From contig CAWCNY010000004.1 in assembly GCA_963797095.1 (NCBI GenBank), positions 32,001 through 96,000 on the forward strand: 64,000 nt of DNA, written 5' to 3'. This DNA is from an uncultured Chloroflexia bacterium (lineage in GTDB: Bacteria > Chloroflexota > Chloroflexia > QHBQ01 > JADMIH01). Shown piece after piece: positions 10,008 through 18,101 of this stretch (position 1 is the stretch's first letter; every line of letters starts with the position of its first letter). A program made the translations under genes and the position numbers. The notes under the pieces are model-generated. The model was not told the DNA's origin and did no database searches. It was given only the letters and a program-made list of their open reading frames with translations.

Positions 10008-10210
10008 GTAGATACCTCCTTTAGGAGAAGAATAACTGCCGCTTGAGCAAGGGAGGTTCGCGGCTCGGAGGCGCGTTGACCACTGATAGTTCCTCGATTG
10101 CCTACCGACGGTAGTGGTGACCGATACCCGATAGCGTTGCCGGGAACAGCAACCAACAGAACCGGGCTGCCAGCTCCTACGAGGAGCAGGGTTCTTATAG
10201 TATTGTTCAT
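10004..10210 (-). CDS. Small hypothetical protein (68 aa) with signal-peptide-like N-terminus
   Basis: GGAG RBS upstream; MNNTIRTLLLVGAGSPVLLVAVPGNA; its stop overlaps the next start as ATGA. Confidence 0.45.
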   Translation of the reverse strand: MNNTIRTLLLVGAGSPVLLVAVPGNAIGYRSPLPSVGNRGTISGQRASEPRTSLAQAAVILLLKEVST

Positions 10211-10228
10211 GTTGTTCTCCCCGAATAA

Positions 10229-11059
10229 TCAATCGGCGCGGGTGGCTATGGCTTCCAGGTACTCGCTGGGCACCGCCATAGTGGCGTCGCCGGAGTTGTT
10301 GTACCGGGCGATGAGGTCAAGCAGGTCAGCAGTCAGCGCATCCTGGCCTGCGGGCTCGAGGCCGGCGAATGCTCGAGACACCGGCCCGTAGTATTCGCGG
10401 AAGAAACCCACAAAATGTTGCGGGGAACGGTAGCAGAAGACGAAGTAACGTCTTGTCGCCTGCAGGTCGCTGATCCCTGTACCGAACAACTCGCGCAGGT
10501 GCGCTTCAGTGCCCCAGAGGGGGGCCGGGGCCACCTTGACCTTGGGCGGGACGTGCCGGGCGATAACGCGGAAGAGCTCGCCGATGAAGCCATCGGGCGT
10601 CCAGTTGGCGAGGCCGATCTTGCCTCCGGACCGGCAGACGCGCAGGAGTTCTTTGGCCGCTCGCTCATGATCTGGGGTGAACATGACGCCTACAGTGGAG
10701 AGAACCACGTCAAAGGAGTTGTCCTGGAAAGGCAGAGCCTCGGCATCGCCCTCCTTGAAAGTGATGGGCAGATGCTCCGCTGCGGCCCGTTCGCGCCCAC
10801 GTTGCAGCAATGAAGGCACGTAATCCAGGCCGATAACAGTGCAGAAACGGCGGGCGGCGGCCAGTGCAGCATTCCCGTGGCCCGTGGCCACGTCGAGCAC
10901 GCTCTGCCCCGCTCGCAGGCCGACCGCCTCGCAAAGCTGTTCGGCCATGATGACCAGGGTAGTTCCAACCATCCCGTATTCACCGAGTGCCCAGGTCTGC
11001 TGTTGCTGGTTCTTTATCACGGCGAAATCGGGGCCAGGTATCGAGATTTCAGTATTCAC
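10229..11059 (-). CDS. Class I SAM-dependent methyltransferase
   Basis: VLDVATGHG motif I, GDAEALPFQDNSFDVV, ELLRVCRSGGKI. Confidence 0.92.
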   Translation of the reverse strand: MNTEISIPGPDFAVIKNQQQQTWALGEYGMVGTTLVIMAEQLCEAVGLRAGQSVLDVATGHGNAALAAARRFCTVIGLDYVPSLLQRGRERAAAEHLPITFKEGDAEALPFQDNSFDVVLSTVGVMFTPDHERAAKELLRVCRSGGKIGLANWTPDGFIGELFRVIARHVPPKVKVAPAPLWGTEAHLRELFGTGISDLQATRRYFVFCYRSPQHFVGFFREYYGPVSRAFAGLEPAGQDALTADLLDLIARYNNSGDATMAVPSEYLEAIATRAD

Positions 11060-11167
11060 ATTTCTCTCCTTATAGCGCCTGAGTCTTTGTCATCAGGCTG
11101 GCTTCTGAGAGTATTAAAGCAGGGTTTACGCTGTAGTGGTGCCCACTAGAATCCGACAAGAAACCGA

Positions 11168-11205
11168 CAGGAGCATACCATGGTATGCTCCTGGGTATGC
11201 TCCTG
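11168..11205. promoter_or_regulatory. Candidate operator: perfect 26-bp palindrome plus a third tandem half-site
   Basis: CAGGAGCATACCATGGTATGCTCCTG (11168-11193) followed by GGTATGCTCCTG (11194-11205), between divergent genes. Confidence 0.7.
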
Positions 11206-11219
11206 CTAAACGAGGCCGG

Positions 11220-11248
11220 TTGCTCCGGCTCGGTAAAGGGGTTATAAC
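11220..11248 (+). promoter_or_regulatory. Putative sigma70 promoter of the STAND gene
   Basis: TTGCTC-17 bp-TATAAC. Confidence 0.4.
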
Positions 11249-11301
11249 TTGTAAGTAGTGCTGAGCCGCCCCTGTTATGTGACGAAGACTGCGAGGCTTG
11301 C

Positions 11302-13842
11302 ATGCGACCTATAGAGGGACAGCGCTCGTTTGGAGATTGGCTGAGGAAGCGCCGCAAAGAGCTTGACCTCACGCAATTCGACCTTGCGGAGCGAATCGGC
11401 TGCTCTGAAGACACTATCCAGAAGATCGAAACAGGGGAGCGCCGGCCCTCCAAGCAGGTGGCCGGCATACTGGCCGACTATTTCAACGTGCAATCTGAGG
11501 AGCACGAAGCTTTCTTCCTCTTCGCACGAGGGCGCGCTGATGCATTGGTGGGCACCGAAACCAGGGCACAGGGCGCTCTGGAGTACCATGCAAAGGTTGC
11601 TACGAAGGGCGACCCCGACCCGCAGGCCCGGCACAAAAACCTCCCAATGCAGCTCACCTCGTTCATTGGCCGCGACGAGGAGTTGCCGAGTATCTGCCGC
11701 CTCCTGCTCACTCCAGGGGTTCGTTTGCTCACCCTTACGGGCCCTCCCGGCACAGGTAAGACACGTCTCGCACTGCAGGTAGCTGCCAGACTGCTGGATG
11801 AATTCGAAGATGGGGCATACTTTGTGAACCTTGCTCCCATCAGTGACCCCGGCCTGGTCGTTTCCGAAATCTTGCGGAGCCTGGATGCTCCCGGCAGCGG
11901 TAGCGATGGTCGCTCACCTGTTGGGCTGGTGACGGCATACCTGATGGACAGGAGATTGCTGCTCGTGCTCGATAACTTCGAGCATATACTGGACGCCGCG
12001 CCCGTCGTGGTCCGCCTCCTGGGTGCCTGCCCGCGACTCAGCGTACTGGTGACGAGTCGCGAACCGCTACACATAGCTGGTGAGCAACAGTTCCCTGTGC
12101 CTCCCCTGCGCGCACCCAACCTCTCTCGCCTGCCCGGTTGGCAGGAACTACTCGATTTTCCGGCCGTGGAGTTGTTCGTTCAGCGTGCCGCCGCGATCGA
12201 TCCGACTTTCAAGTTGACTCAGGAGAACCACAAAGAAGTAGCGATGATATGCGCCCGGCTGGAAGGCCTTCCCCTTGCCATAGAGCTTGCTGCGGCGCGC
12301 ATCAAGTTCTTCTCTCCCCAGGCGCTCCTGGCTCGATTGGGAAGTAACTTGACGATCCTGGCGGGGGAGGTGCTCGCGCTCCCCGCGAGGCAGCAAACGC
12401 TTAGAGGAGCGATCGAGTGGAGCTCCGACCTGCTCACGGATGGGGAGAAGAAGCTCTTCCGCAGATTGGCGGTATTCGCCGGTGGTCGCACAATTGAAGC
12501 TGTAGAGGCCGTGTGCAACGCCGGTGGTGACCTGGGCATGGACGTGACAGAAGGGCTTATCTCTTTGACGGACAAGAGCCTGCTGCGCCAGGAGGCGGGA
12601 GTGGGCAGCGAACCCAGGTTCGTGATGCCGGAGACGATATACGAGTATGCAAGAGAGAAGTTGCGCCGGAGTGGCGAGGAAGGATCCATCAGGCGCCTGC
12701 ACGCCCTCTATTTCGCCGAATTTGCGGAGCAAGCTGACCTTAAGTTGTACGGCACCAGCGAGTCGCGCTCGCTTGATCACCTCGAGGAAGAACACGATAA
12801 TCTGCGGAATGCAATCCAGTGGAGCCACTCGCCAGAAGGTGACGCCGAAATCGAGCTGCGCCTGGTCGCGGCGCTGGGCGCTTTCTGGGACACTCGGGGG
12901 CACCTGACGGAGGGACGCATGAGGATCGCTGCTGCGCTGGCGAGACCCGAAAGCCGTCAAGTGGGGCTGAGGTCTTTGCGGGCGTGGGCGCTTATCGGAC
13001 TCGGTGGGCTGGCGTACTGGCAGGGTGACTTCGTGACCTCGCGATCCTCTGCCGAAGACGCGCTAAGCCTGTTCAGAGAGTTAGGCGAGACGCAAGGTAT
13101 CACCCGTGCTCTCACCGACCTATGGGGCACTGCTACAGCGGAAGGCGACCACGAGAGTTCCGTCGCATTCGCGATAGAGGGTCTCCAGACAAGTAGAGAG
13201 TTCGGTGATGAGCAGCGGACAGCCCTCTTACTGGTCTTACTGGGGTGGTCGCAGATGTACCTGGGCAAGTATACTCAGGCCGTTGTACAACTGGAGGAAG
13301 CTCTCAAGCTGGTCCGCAAGCAGGATCAGCCTAACCGCACGGCGTTTGCGCTCGCGGCGCTCGGAGAGGTGATGGTGCGGCAAGGCAACTATGACCAGGG
13401 TGTAAGGCTGCTTGAAGAAGCCCTGGCCATTCGCCGGAATACAGGCTACCGTTCGCGCATCGCCGCCATCCTGGGTGGCCTGGCTCTGGCTGCAATACGG
13501 CAGGAACAATATGGGCGAGCAGTCGAAAGGCTCTCCGAGAGCCTGAAAATAAGGAAGGAGATAGGCGACAGGGGAGGAGTAGCCTGGTGCCTGGAGAAGT
13601 TCGTTCAAATAATTAGCGCTAATGTGGAGGACGCAGACCCGACGCGTGCGGCGCGCTTGCTGGGAGCGGCTGGAGCCCTGCGTGAGGCACTCGGGACGGC
13701 TATGAACACCATCGATCAGGCTGAATACGACCAAACAGTCAATATTGTGATAGGATGCCTTGGGCAAGAAGCCTTTAGGCGAGCCTGGCAGGAAGGGCTG
13801 GCCATGGGTATCGAGGAAATTGTAGAGTACGCTCTACGATAG
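11302..13842 (+). CDS. XRE-HTH + NB-ARC/AAA (STAND) ATPase + TPR transcriptional regulator
   Basis: FGDWLRKRRKELDLTQ...IETGERRPS HTH; GPPGTGKT Walker A; LLVLDNFEH Walker B; GLPLAIEL; C-terminal TPR-like repeats. Confidence 0.9.
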   Translation: MRPIEGQRSFGDWLRKRRKELDLTQFDLAERIGCSEDTIQKIETGERRPSKQVAGILADYFNVQSEEHEAFFLFARGRADALVGTETRAQGALEYHAKVATKGDPDPQARHKNLPMQLTSFIGRDEELPSICRLLLTPGVRLLTLTGPPGTGKTRLALQVAARLLDEFEDGAYFVNLAPISDPGLVVSEILRSLDAPGSGSDGRSPVGLVTAYLMDRRLLLVLDNFEHILDAAPVVVRLLGACPRLSVLVTSREPLHIAGEQQFPVPPLRAPNLSRLPGWQELLDFPAVELFVQRAAAIDPTFKLTQENHKEVAMICARLEGLPLAIELAAARIKFFSPQALLARLGSNLTILAGEVLALPARQQTLRGAIEWSSDLLTDGEKKLFRRLAVFAGGRTIEAVEAVCNAGGDLGMDVTEGLISLTDKSLLRQEAGVGSEPRFVMPETIYEYAREKLRRSGEEGSIRRLHALYFAEFAEQADLKLYGTSESRSLDHLEEEHDNLRNAIQWSHSPEGDAEIELRLVAALGAFWDTRGHLTEGRMRIAAALARPESRQVGLRSLRAWALIGLGGLAYWQGDFVTSRSSAEDALSLFRELGETQGITRALTDLWGTATAEGDHESSVAFAIEGLQTSREFGDEQRTALLLVLLGWSQMYLGKYTQAVVQLEEALKLVRKQDQPNRTAFALAALGEVMVRQGNYDQGVRLLEEALAIRRNTGYRSRIAAILGGLALAAIRQEQYGRAVERLSESLKIRKEIGDRGGVAWCLEKFVQIISANVEDADPTRAARLLGAAGALREALGTAMNTIDQAEYDQTVNIVIGCLGQEAFRRAWQEGLAMGIEEIVEYALR

Positions 13843-13944
13843 CACCAGTCGGTGAGAGAAGACTCGTGTAGTTCGCAATAAAGGACGTGTCAGACCTGAC
13901 AACATGCAGTTTCCCTTACGAGGCTGGAGTGTTTCAGCCGCGTT

Positions 13945-14013
13945 GAGAAAGATGGAGTTGAGGGAGATTCTTGGGGTCGGTTGGCTGAGTAGATGTCGAT
14001 ATCAGGCACGGAT
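13945..14013 (+). repeat. Degenerate dispersed repeat, inverted copy at 15665-15733
   Basis: Ungapped hand alignment gives about 47/69 identities, ending in a shared TCAGGCACGGAT. Confidence 0.6.
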
Positions 14014-14135
14014 AGGCCTGGTCGCCCGTAGAACGGATGACGCTGGTAAGCACAACAAGCCAGCAAAGCCGGTACACCTAGCCGGGTTTCTGCACACCAG
14101 GCACACCGATGGTTCGTTTTCCTTGGAGGAAGCAC

Positions 14136-14190
14136 TTGACATTGTCAGGATCTCGTATGCAATGTATGCAGAGTACACATTGCATACGAG
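14136..14190 (+). promoter_or_regulatory. TA promoter with autoregulatory inverted-repeat operator
   Basis: TTGACA at 14136. Perfect 14-bp IR CTCGTATGCAATGT (14152-14165) / ACATTGCATACGAG (14177-14190) covers the -10 region and abuts the RBS. Confidence 0.7.
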
Positions 14191-14196
14191 GAGGTG

Positions 14197-14461
14197 ATGA
14201 CAAGTATGAAAGACATTACAATCTCAGCGCGAGTGCCTGAGGAGCTAGGTCAGCAAGTTGATCGCTTGGCCGCCGCAAAACCGCAATCGCTCTTGGGTGG
14301 TTGAGGAGGCATTGCGCGCTTATCTCGCCAAAGAAGTGCAGTTCTTGGAAGCAGTCGAGAGAGGCATTGAAGCCTACAAGAGGGGCGATGTGCTGGATCA
14401 TGCCGAGGTAGTCACACTGTTCGAGCAGCGCCGCCAACTTGAGGAAGAAGCAAAGCAATGA
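14197..14461 (+). pseudogene. CopG/ribbon-helix-helix antitoxin, frameshifted near 14270-14280
   Basis: MTSMKDITISARVPEELGQQVDRLAA in one frame continues as QNRNRSWVVEEALRAYL...RGDVLDHAEV in another. GAGGAGG RBS. Confidence 0.75.
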
Positions 14462-14565
14462 GAATAGTCTGGACTAAGCCGGCTGTCCAGGACATTGACG
14501 CCATTTGGGAGTTGTACTGGCTACCAAAGGCATCCGCCGCTTATCGAGTGCGATTCCGGGCGTGA
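14458..14565 (+). pseudogene. Truncated RelE/ParE-family toxin
   Basis: ATGA overlap with the antitoxin. MRIVWTKPAVQDIDAIWE is a typical ParE/RelE N-terminus, but the frame stops after 35 aa. Confidence 0.7.
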
Positions 14566-14614
14566 AGCCCGCAGTTTATTGAAGCTTCCTCGCCCAGCAG
14601 AGCAGGCCCAGCTG

Positions 14615-14627
14615 TTGCAATAGAACC
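14615..14627 (+). mobile_element. Isolated IS6-like right terminal inverted repeat
   Basis: TTGCAATAGAACC is the reverse complement of GGTTCTATTGCAA, 12/13 to the IS6-family end GGTTCTGTTGCAA. Confidence 0.45.
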
Positions 14628-14776
14628 GGAGAGATTATAATACAAGCAGGATCGCTCGAGGCTCGCCGCTTCTCACTTTCAGGTCGACCAACTCGATTTC
14701 CTGGATCATCCAGCCTGTGATCGCCATCATCGCTATGGTCAAGCACAGAGGGAGTAAGGGGTGGCGTGGGTTGCAG

Positions 14777-14820
14777 GGGCAGACTCTGCTGGAATGCTGG
14801 GCAGACTCTGCTGGAATGCT
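14777..14820 (+). repeat. Perfect 22-bp tandem duplication
   Basis: GGGCAGACTCTGCTGGAATGCT x2 just upstream of the Uma2 RBS. Confidence 0.85.
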
Positions 14821-14833
14821 GGAAGGAACGCTA

Positions 14834-15451
14834 ATGGTCGGTGGTATACATTCAGCCGAGTTGCGTATAGTATCCGCGGACGATGCGACTACCGTGGATC
14901 TCGATATGATTCAGGGTCTGTGGACAACCGAGCAATATCTGCGCATCACCAACAACACCCGCTGGCTGCTCGAATTCACCGACGGCAAACTTGAGGTCTT
15001 GCCCATGCCCACCGAGAAGCATCAGGCAATACTGGGATTCCTGTTTGTGGCCCTACTTACCTTTCTGCAACCGCGCGGCGGGAAGGTGTTTTTCGCCCCG
15101 CTGCGGCTGCGACTTAGTGAGGGAAAATTCCGCGAACCTGACCTGTTGTTGATGCTGGATGCGCAGGACCCCAGGGCACACAACGCCTACTGGCTGGGCG
15201 CAGACTTGGTGGTTGAGATTGTCAGCCCGGCCGATCCTGAGCGTGATACCGTTGTGAAACGAGGCGATTACGCAGACGCGCAAATCCCCGAATACTGGAT
15301 TGTGAATCCCGCAGACCAGACGGTGACAGTCCTTCGACTGGATGGGGAACAATATACTGAGCATGGGGTGTTTCGGCGCGGTGAGGCAGTGAAATCCGTT
15401 CTGCTGGAGAATTTCTCCATGGCAGTCAGTGATATCCTGGACGCGCACTGA
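14834..15451 (+). CDS. Uma2/DUF820 PD-(D/E)XK endonuclease-like protein
   Basis: EFTDGKLEVLPMPTEKHQ, REPDL, DLVVEIVSP, KRGDYADAQIPEYWIVNP. ATG 14834 after GGAAGGA. Confidence 0.88.
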   Translation: MVGGIHSAELRIVSADDATTVDLDMIQGLWTTEQYLRITNNTRWLLEFTDGKLEVLPMPTEKHQAILGFLFVALLTFLQPRGGKVFFAPLRLRLSEGKFREPDLLLMLDAQDPRAHNAYWLGADLVVEIVSPADPERDTVVKRGDYADAQIPEYWIVNPADQTVTVLRLDGEQYTEHGVFRRGEAVKSVLLENFSMAVSDILDAH

Positions 15452-15601
15452 CACGCTAATTCCACGGCCACACTTGCGTGCCGAACCTGGCTGTAATAGT
15501 TACTATTCCCATCCGCCCTTACGGCTGTACCGGCTACTTACCTCTGTTCTGGCTACCAAGCTCATCCGACAGACCCTGCGCACCATTCAACACTCCTGTG
15601 G

Positions 15602-15840
15602 TCATGCTGCCCTTCGATACTCGTGGTGCAAACTGCCCAGTACCGTGAGTTGGCTACTTGCTTCATCCGTGCCTGAGATCGGCACTTCGACGGTCAGCCA
15701 TGCCCAAGTATTGTCTCCAACTCCACATCTCTCGTAGGCGTAGGCACTGGCGTAGTTCGAGCCAAATGATTAGAATCGGTGTGCCGCCTTTCGCTCGTCA
15801 TTCTTTGCACAGTGAGGCATCTTGTTTTGACTGAGTTCCT
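15602..15840 (-). pseudogene. Heavily eroded integrase-core (rve) transposase remnant
   Basis: Minus strand reads SVKTRCLTVQRMTSERRH (spacing like SVRRECLDHxxxxSERH) and ends VLGSLHHEYRRAA* at 15602. 30/34 nt identical to 7851-7884. Confidence 0.6.
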
Positions 15841-16046
15841 TCAGTTCCTGATGATCGTTGTCACCGTAATCCCGCGCACCGTTGTCAGTTGGCTATGGAG
15901 CAAGCCTAGCGCTGAGTCCCTTCCACCTGGTGCAGGCGCTCACCGAGATCCTGGCACAGCATCACTACCACCTGCACCTGCGCCGTACAACTTTACCGTG
16001 GGCCAGGTTGGTGGCGTTAGTGTGCTGCAAGATCGTTCATTTCATG

Positions 16047-16075
16047 TTGCATGGGATGGAACGCTCATGTATAAT
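16047..16075 (+). promoter_or_regulatory. Putative sigma70 promoter of the ferredoxin/acyl-CoA operon
   Basis: TTGCAT-17 bp-TATAAT, 64 nt upstream of the ferredoxin start. Confidence 0.55.
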
Positions 16076-16139
16076 TGCTGCAGAGCGGTTATCGCGAAGG
16101 TACCGTGCGTCGCAAGAATACAGAGGAGGATATCCTAAA

Positions 16140-16397
16140 ATGACCTATGTCATTACAGAACCTTGCATTAACGTCAAAGACGCTGCTTGTATAGACGTCT
16201 GCCCGGTGGATTGCATCCACCCCCGAAAGGATCAGCCCGGCTTCGACGCCGCCGAGCAACTCTTTATCGATCCAGACGAGTGCATCGATTGCGGCGCCTG
16301 TGAGCCTGAATGCCCGGTCAACGCGATCTTTCCTGAAGATGACGTGCCCGACGAGTACCAATCCTATATCGCGAAGAATTTGAACTTCTTCAAGTGA
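16140..16397 (+). CDS. 7Fe (3Fe-4S/4Fe-4S) ferredoxin, FdxA type
   Basis: MTYVITEPCINVKDAACIDVCPVDCI...ECIDCGACEPECPVNAIF. GAGGAGG RBS; true start 16140. Confidence 0.93.
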   Translation: MTYVITEPCINVKDAACIDVCPVDCIHPRKDQPGFDAAEQLFIDPDECIDCGACEPECPVNAIFPEDDVPDEYQSYIAKNLNFFK

Positions 16398-16411
16398 GAG
16401 CGTAGAACGAC

Positions 16412-16470
16412 AGAGATGGGAAGTGAGAAATGAGGCGGATTGGAAGTCTCATTTCTCACTTCCCATTTCT
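16412..16470. repeat. 23-bp intergenic hairpin
   Basis: AGAGATGGGAAGTGAGAAATGAG / CTCATTTCTCACTTCCCATTTCT with one G-U pair. Confidence 0.8.
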
Positions 16471-16487
16471 TGCCCGGTAATGCGCCA

Positions 16488-18095
16488 ATGGCTATCATAA
16501 AGTCACACCTAATTAACGCGGACGCGGAGTTCGCTTCAAACAAAGCATACATGACCGGGCTGGTTGCCGAGTTGCGCGACCGCATGGCAGTTGTGCGGCA
16601 GGGGGGAGGACCGGATAGCGTGGCGCGGCATCGTTCGCGAGGCAAGCTGCTTGCTCGCGAGCGAGTGGAGCGGTTGCTTGACCCCGGCACTGCGTTCATG
16701 GAATTCTCGGCGCTTGCGGCATGGGATATGTACGGTGGGGATGCCCCGGGAGGCGGGATGATCACCGGGGTGGGAGTTGTATCGGGCCAGGAGTGCTTGA
16801 TCATTGCAAACGATGCGACGGTCAAGGGCGGCACTTACTATCCCATTACCGTGAAGAAGCATTTGCGCGCCCAGGAGGTGGCGCTCGAAAATAACCTGCC
16901 GTGCATCTACCTGGTTGATTCGGGTGGCGCGTTCTTGCCCCTGCAAGCGGAAGTGTTCCCGGACAAGGAGCATTTCGGGCGCATCTTCTTCAACCAGGCA
17001 AACATGTCGGCGCGGAGGATACCACAGATAGCGGTGGTGATGGGGTCGTGCACGGCAGGCGGGGCTTATGTGCCAGCGATGTCGGACGAGACGGTGATTG
17101 TGAAGGGTAACGGCACGATCTTCTTGGGCGGGCCGCCGCTGGTGAAGGCTGCCACCGGCGAGGATGTTTCGGCTGAGGAGCTGGGTGGAGCGGACGTGCA
17201 CAGCAGGATAAGTGGCGTAACGGACCATTACGCGATGGACGATGAGCACGCACTGGCTATCACGCGGGACATCGTAGCGAATCTTTTCCGCCAGAAGGAA
17301 TATCCATGGGAGGTTACATCCCCTGAGGCACCCCTGTACGACCCTTATGAAATGTATGGGGTGATAGAGCCGGAAGGCCGCAGGCCGTATGACGTGAGGG
17401 AGATCATAGCGAGAGTGGTTGACGGGTCGAGGTTCCAGGAGTTCAAGCACCTGTACGGTACAACACTGGTATGTGGGTTCGGGCGGATCATGGGGTTTCC
17501 GGTGGGGATCGTAGCGAACAATGGGATACTTTTCTCGGAGAGCGCACTGAAGGGCGCGCACTTTATTGAATTGTGCTGCCAGAGGCGCGTGCCGATAGTG
17601 TTTCTGCAGAATATCACCGGGTTTATGGTTGGTCGAGAATATGAGAACCGGGGCATAGCCAAGGACGGGGCCAAGATGGTCATGGCGGTTGCGAACGCGC
17701 AGGTGCCGAAATTTACGGTGATCATCGGAGGGTCGTTCGGGGCGGGAAACTACGCAATGTGCGGGAGAGCCTACGCACCGAGGCAACTCTGGATGTGGCC
17801 GAACGCGCGTATTTCTGTAATGGGGGGCCAGCAGGCGGCGAACGTGTTGCTAACCGTGCGACTGGATAACTTGCAAGCGGCGGGCAAAGACTTGAGCCAC
17901 AACGAGAGGGAGGCATTCACCAAGCCGATACTTGAAAAGTATGAGGACGAGGGCGGCCCATATTTCTCGACTGCGCGCCTGTGGGATGACGGGATTATCG
18001 ACCCGTTGGACACTCGAATGGTGCTTGGCCTGGGAATTTCTGCCGCGTTGAATGCCCCGGTGCCGGATACAACCTTCGGCGTGTTTCGGATGTAG
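16488..18095 (+). CDS. liuB: 3-methylcrotonyl-CoA carboxylase beta (carboxyltransferase) subunit
   Basis: [58 protein letters not shown]; cluster context. Confidence 0.88.
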   Translation: MAIIKSHLINADAEFASNKAYMTGLVAELRDRMAVVRQGGGPDSVARHRSRGKLLARERVERLLDPGTAFMEFSALAAWDMYGGDAPGGGMITGVGVVSGQECLIIANDATVKGGTYYPITVKKHLRAQEVALENNLPCIYLVDSGGAFLPLQAEVFPDKEHFGRIFFNQANMSARRIPQIAVVMGSCTAGGAYVPAMSDETVIVKGNGTIFLGGPPLVKAATGEDVSAEELGGADVHSRISGVTDHYAMDDEHALAITRDIVANLFRQKEYPWEVTSPEAPLYDPYEMYGVIEPEGRRPYDVREIIARVVDGSRFQEFKHLYGTTLVCGFGRIMGFPVGIVANNGILFSESALKGAHFIELCCQRRVPIVFLQNITGFMVGREYENRGIAKDGAKMVMAVANAQVPKFTVIIGGSFGAGNYAMCGRAYAPRQLWMWPNARISVMGGQQAANVLLTVRLDNLQAAGKDLSHNEREAFTKPILEKYEDEGGPYFSTARLWDDGIIDPLDTRMVLGLGISAALNAPVPDTTFGVFRM

Positions 18096-18101
18096 CGTAG
18101 C

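Noticed and set aside
7851-15631. 34-bp inverted repeats as terminal IRs of a single transposon
   Set aside because: Both copies encode the transposase C-terminal peptide LHH(D/E)YRR, so they are coding remnants rather than TIRs. No TSD found.
15665-15770. Minus-strand HLAR...ILGH resembling a tyrosine-recombinase C-terminus
   Set aside because: R-to-H and H-to-Y spacings do not fit. The flanking sequence is better explained as an integrase-core transposase relic.
15882-16139. N-terminal extension of the ferredoxin ORF; similar extensions on wzt, ppa, cutA, livM, htrA and miaA
   Set aside because: Family N-termini, and for most of these genes an RBS, indicate downstream starts.
16536-17786. 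416-aa antisense ORF (likewise 12148-12960, 22686-23621, 45220-46113 and many shorter ones)
   Set aside because: Shadows of well-supported genes in GC-rich DNA; no recognisable motifs.
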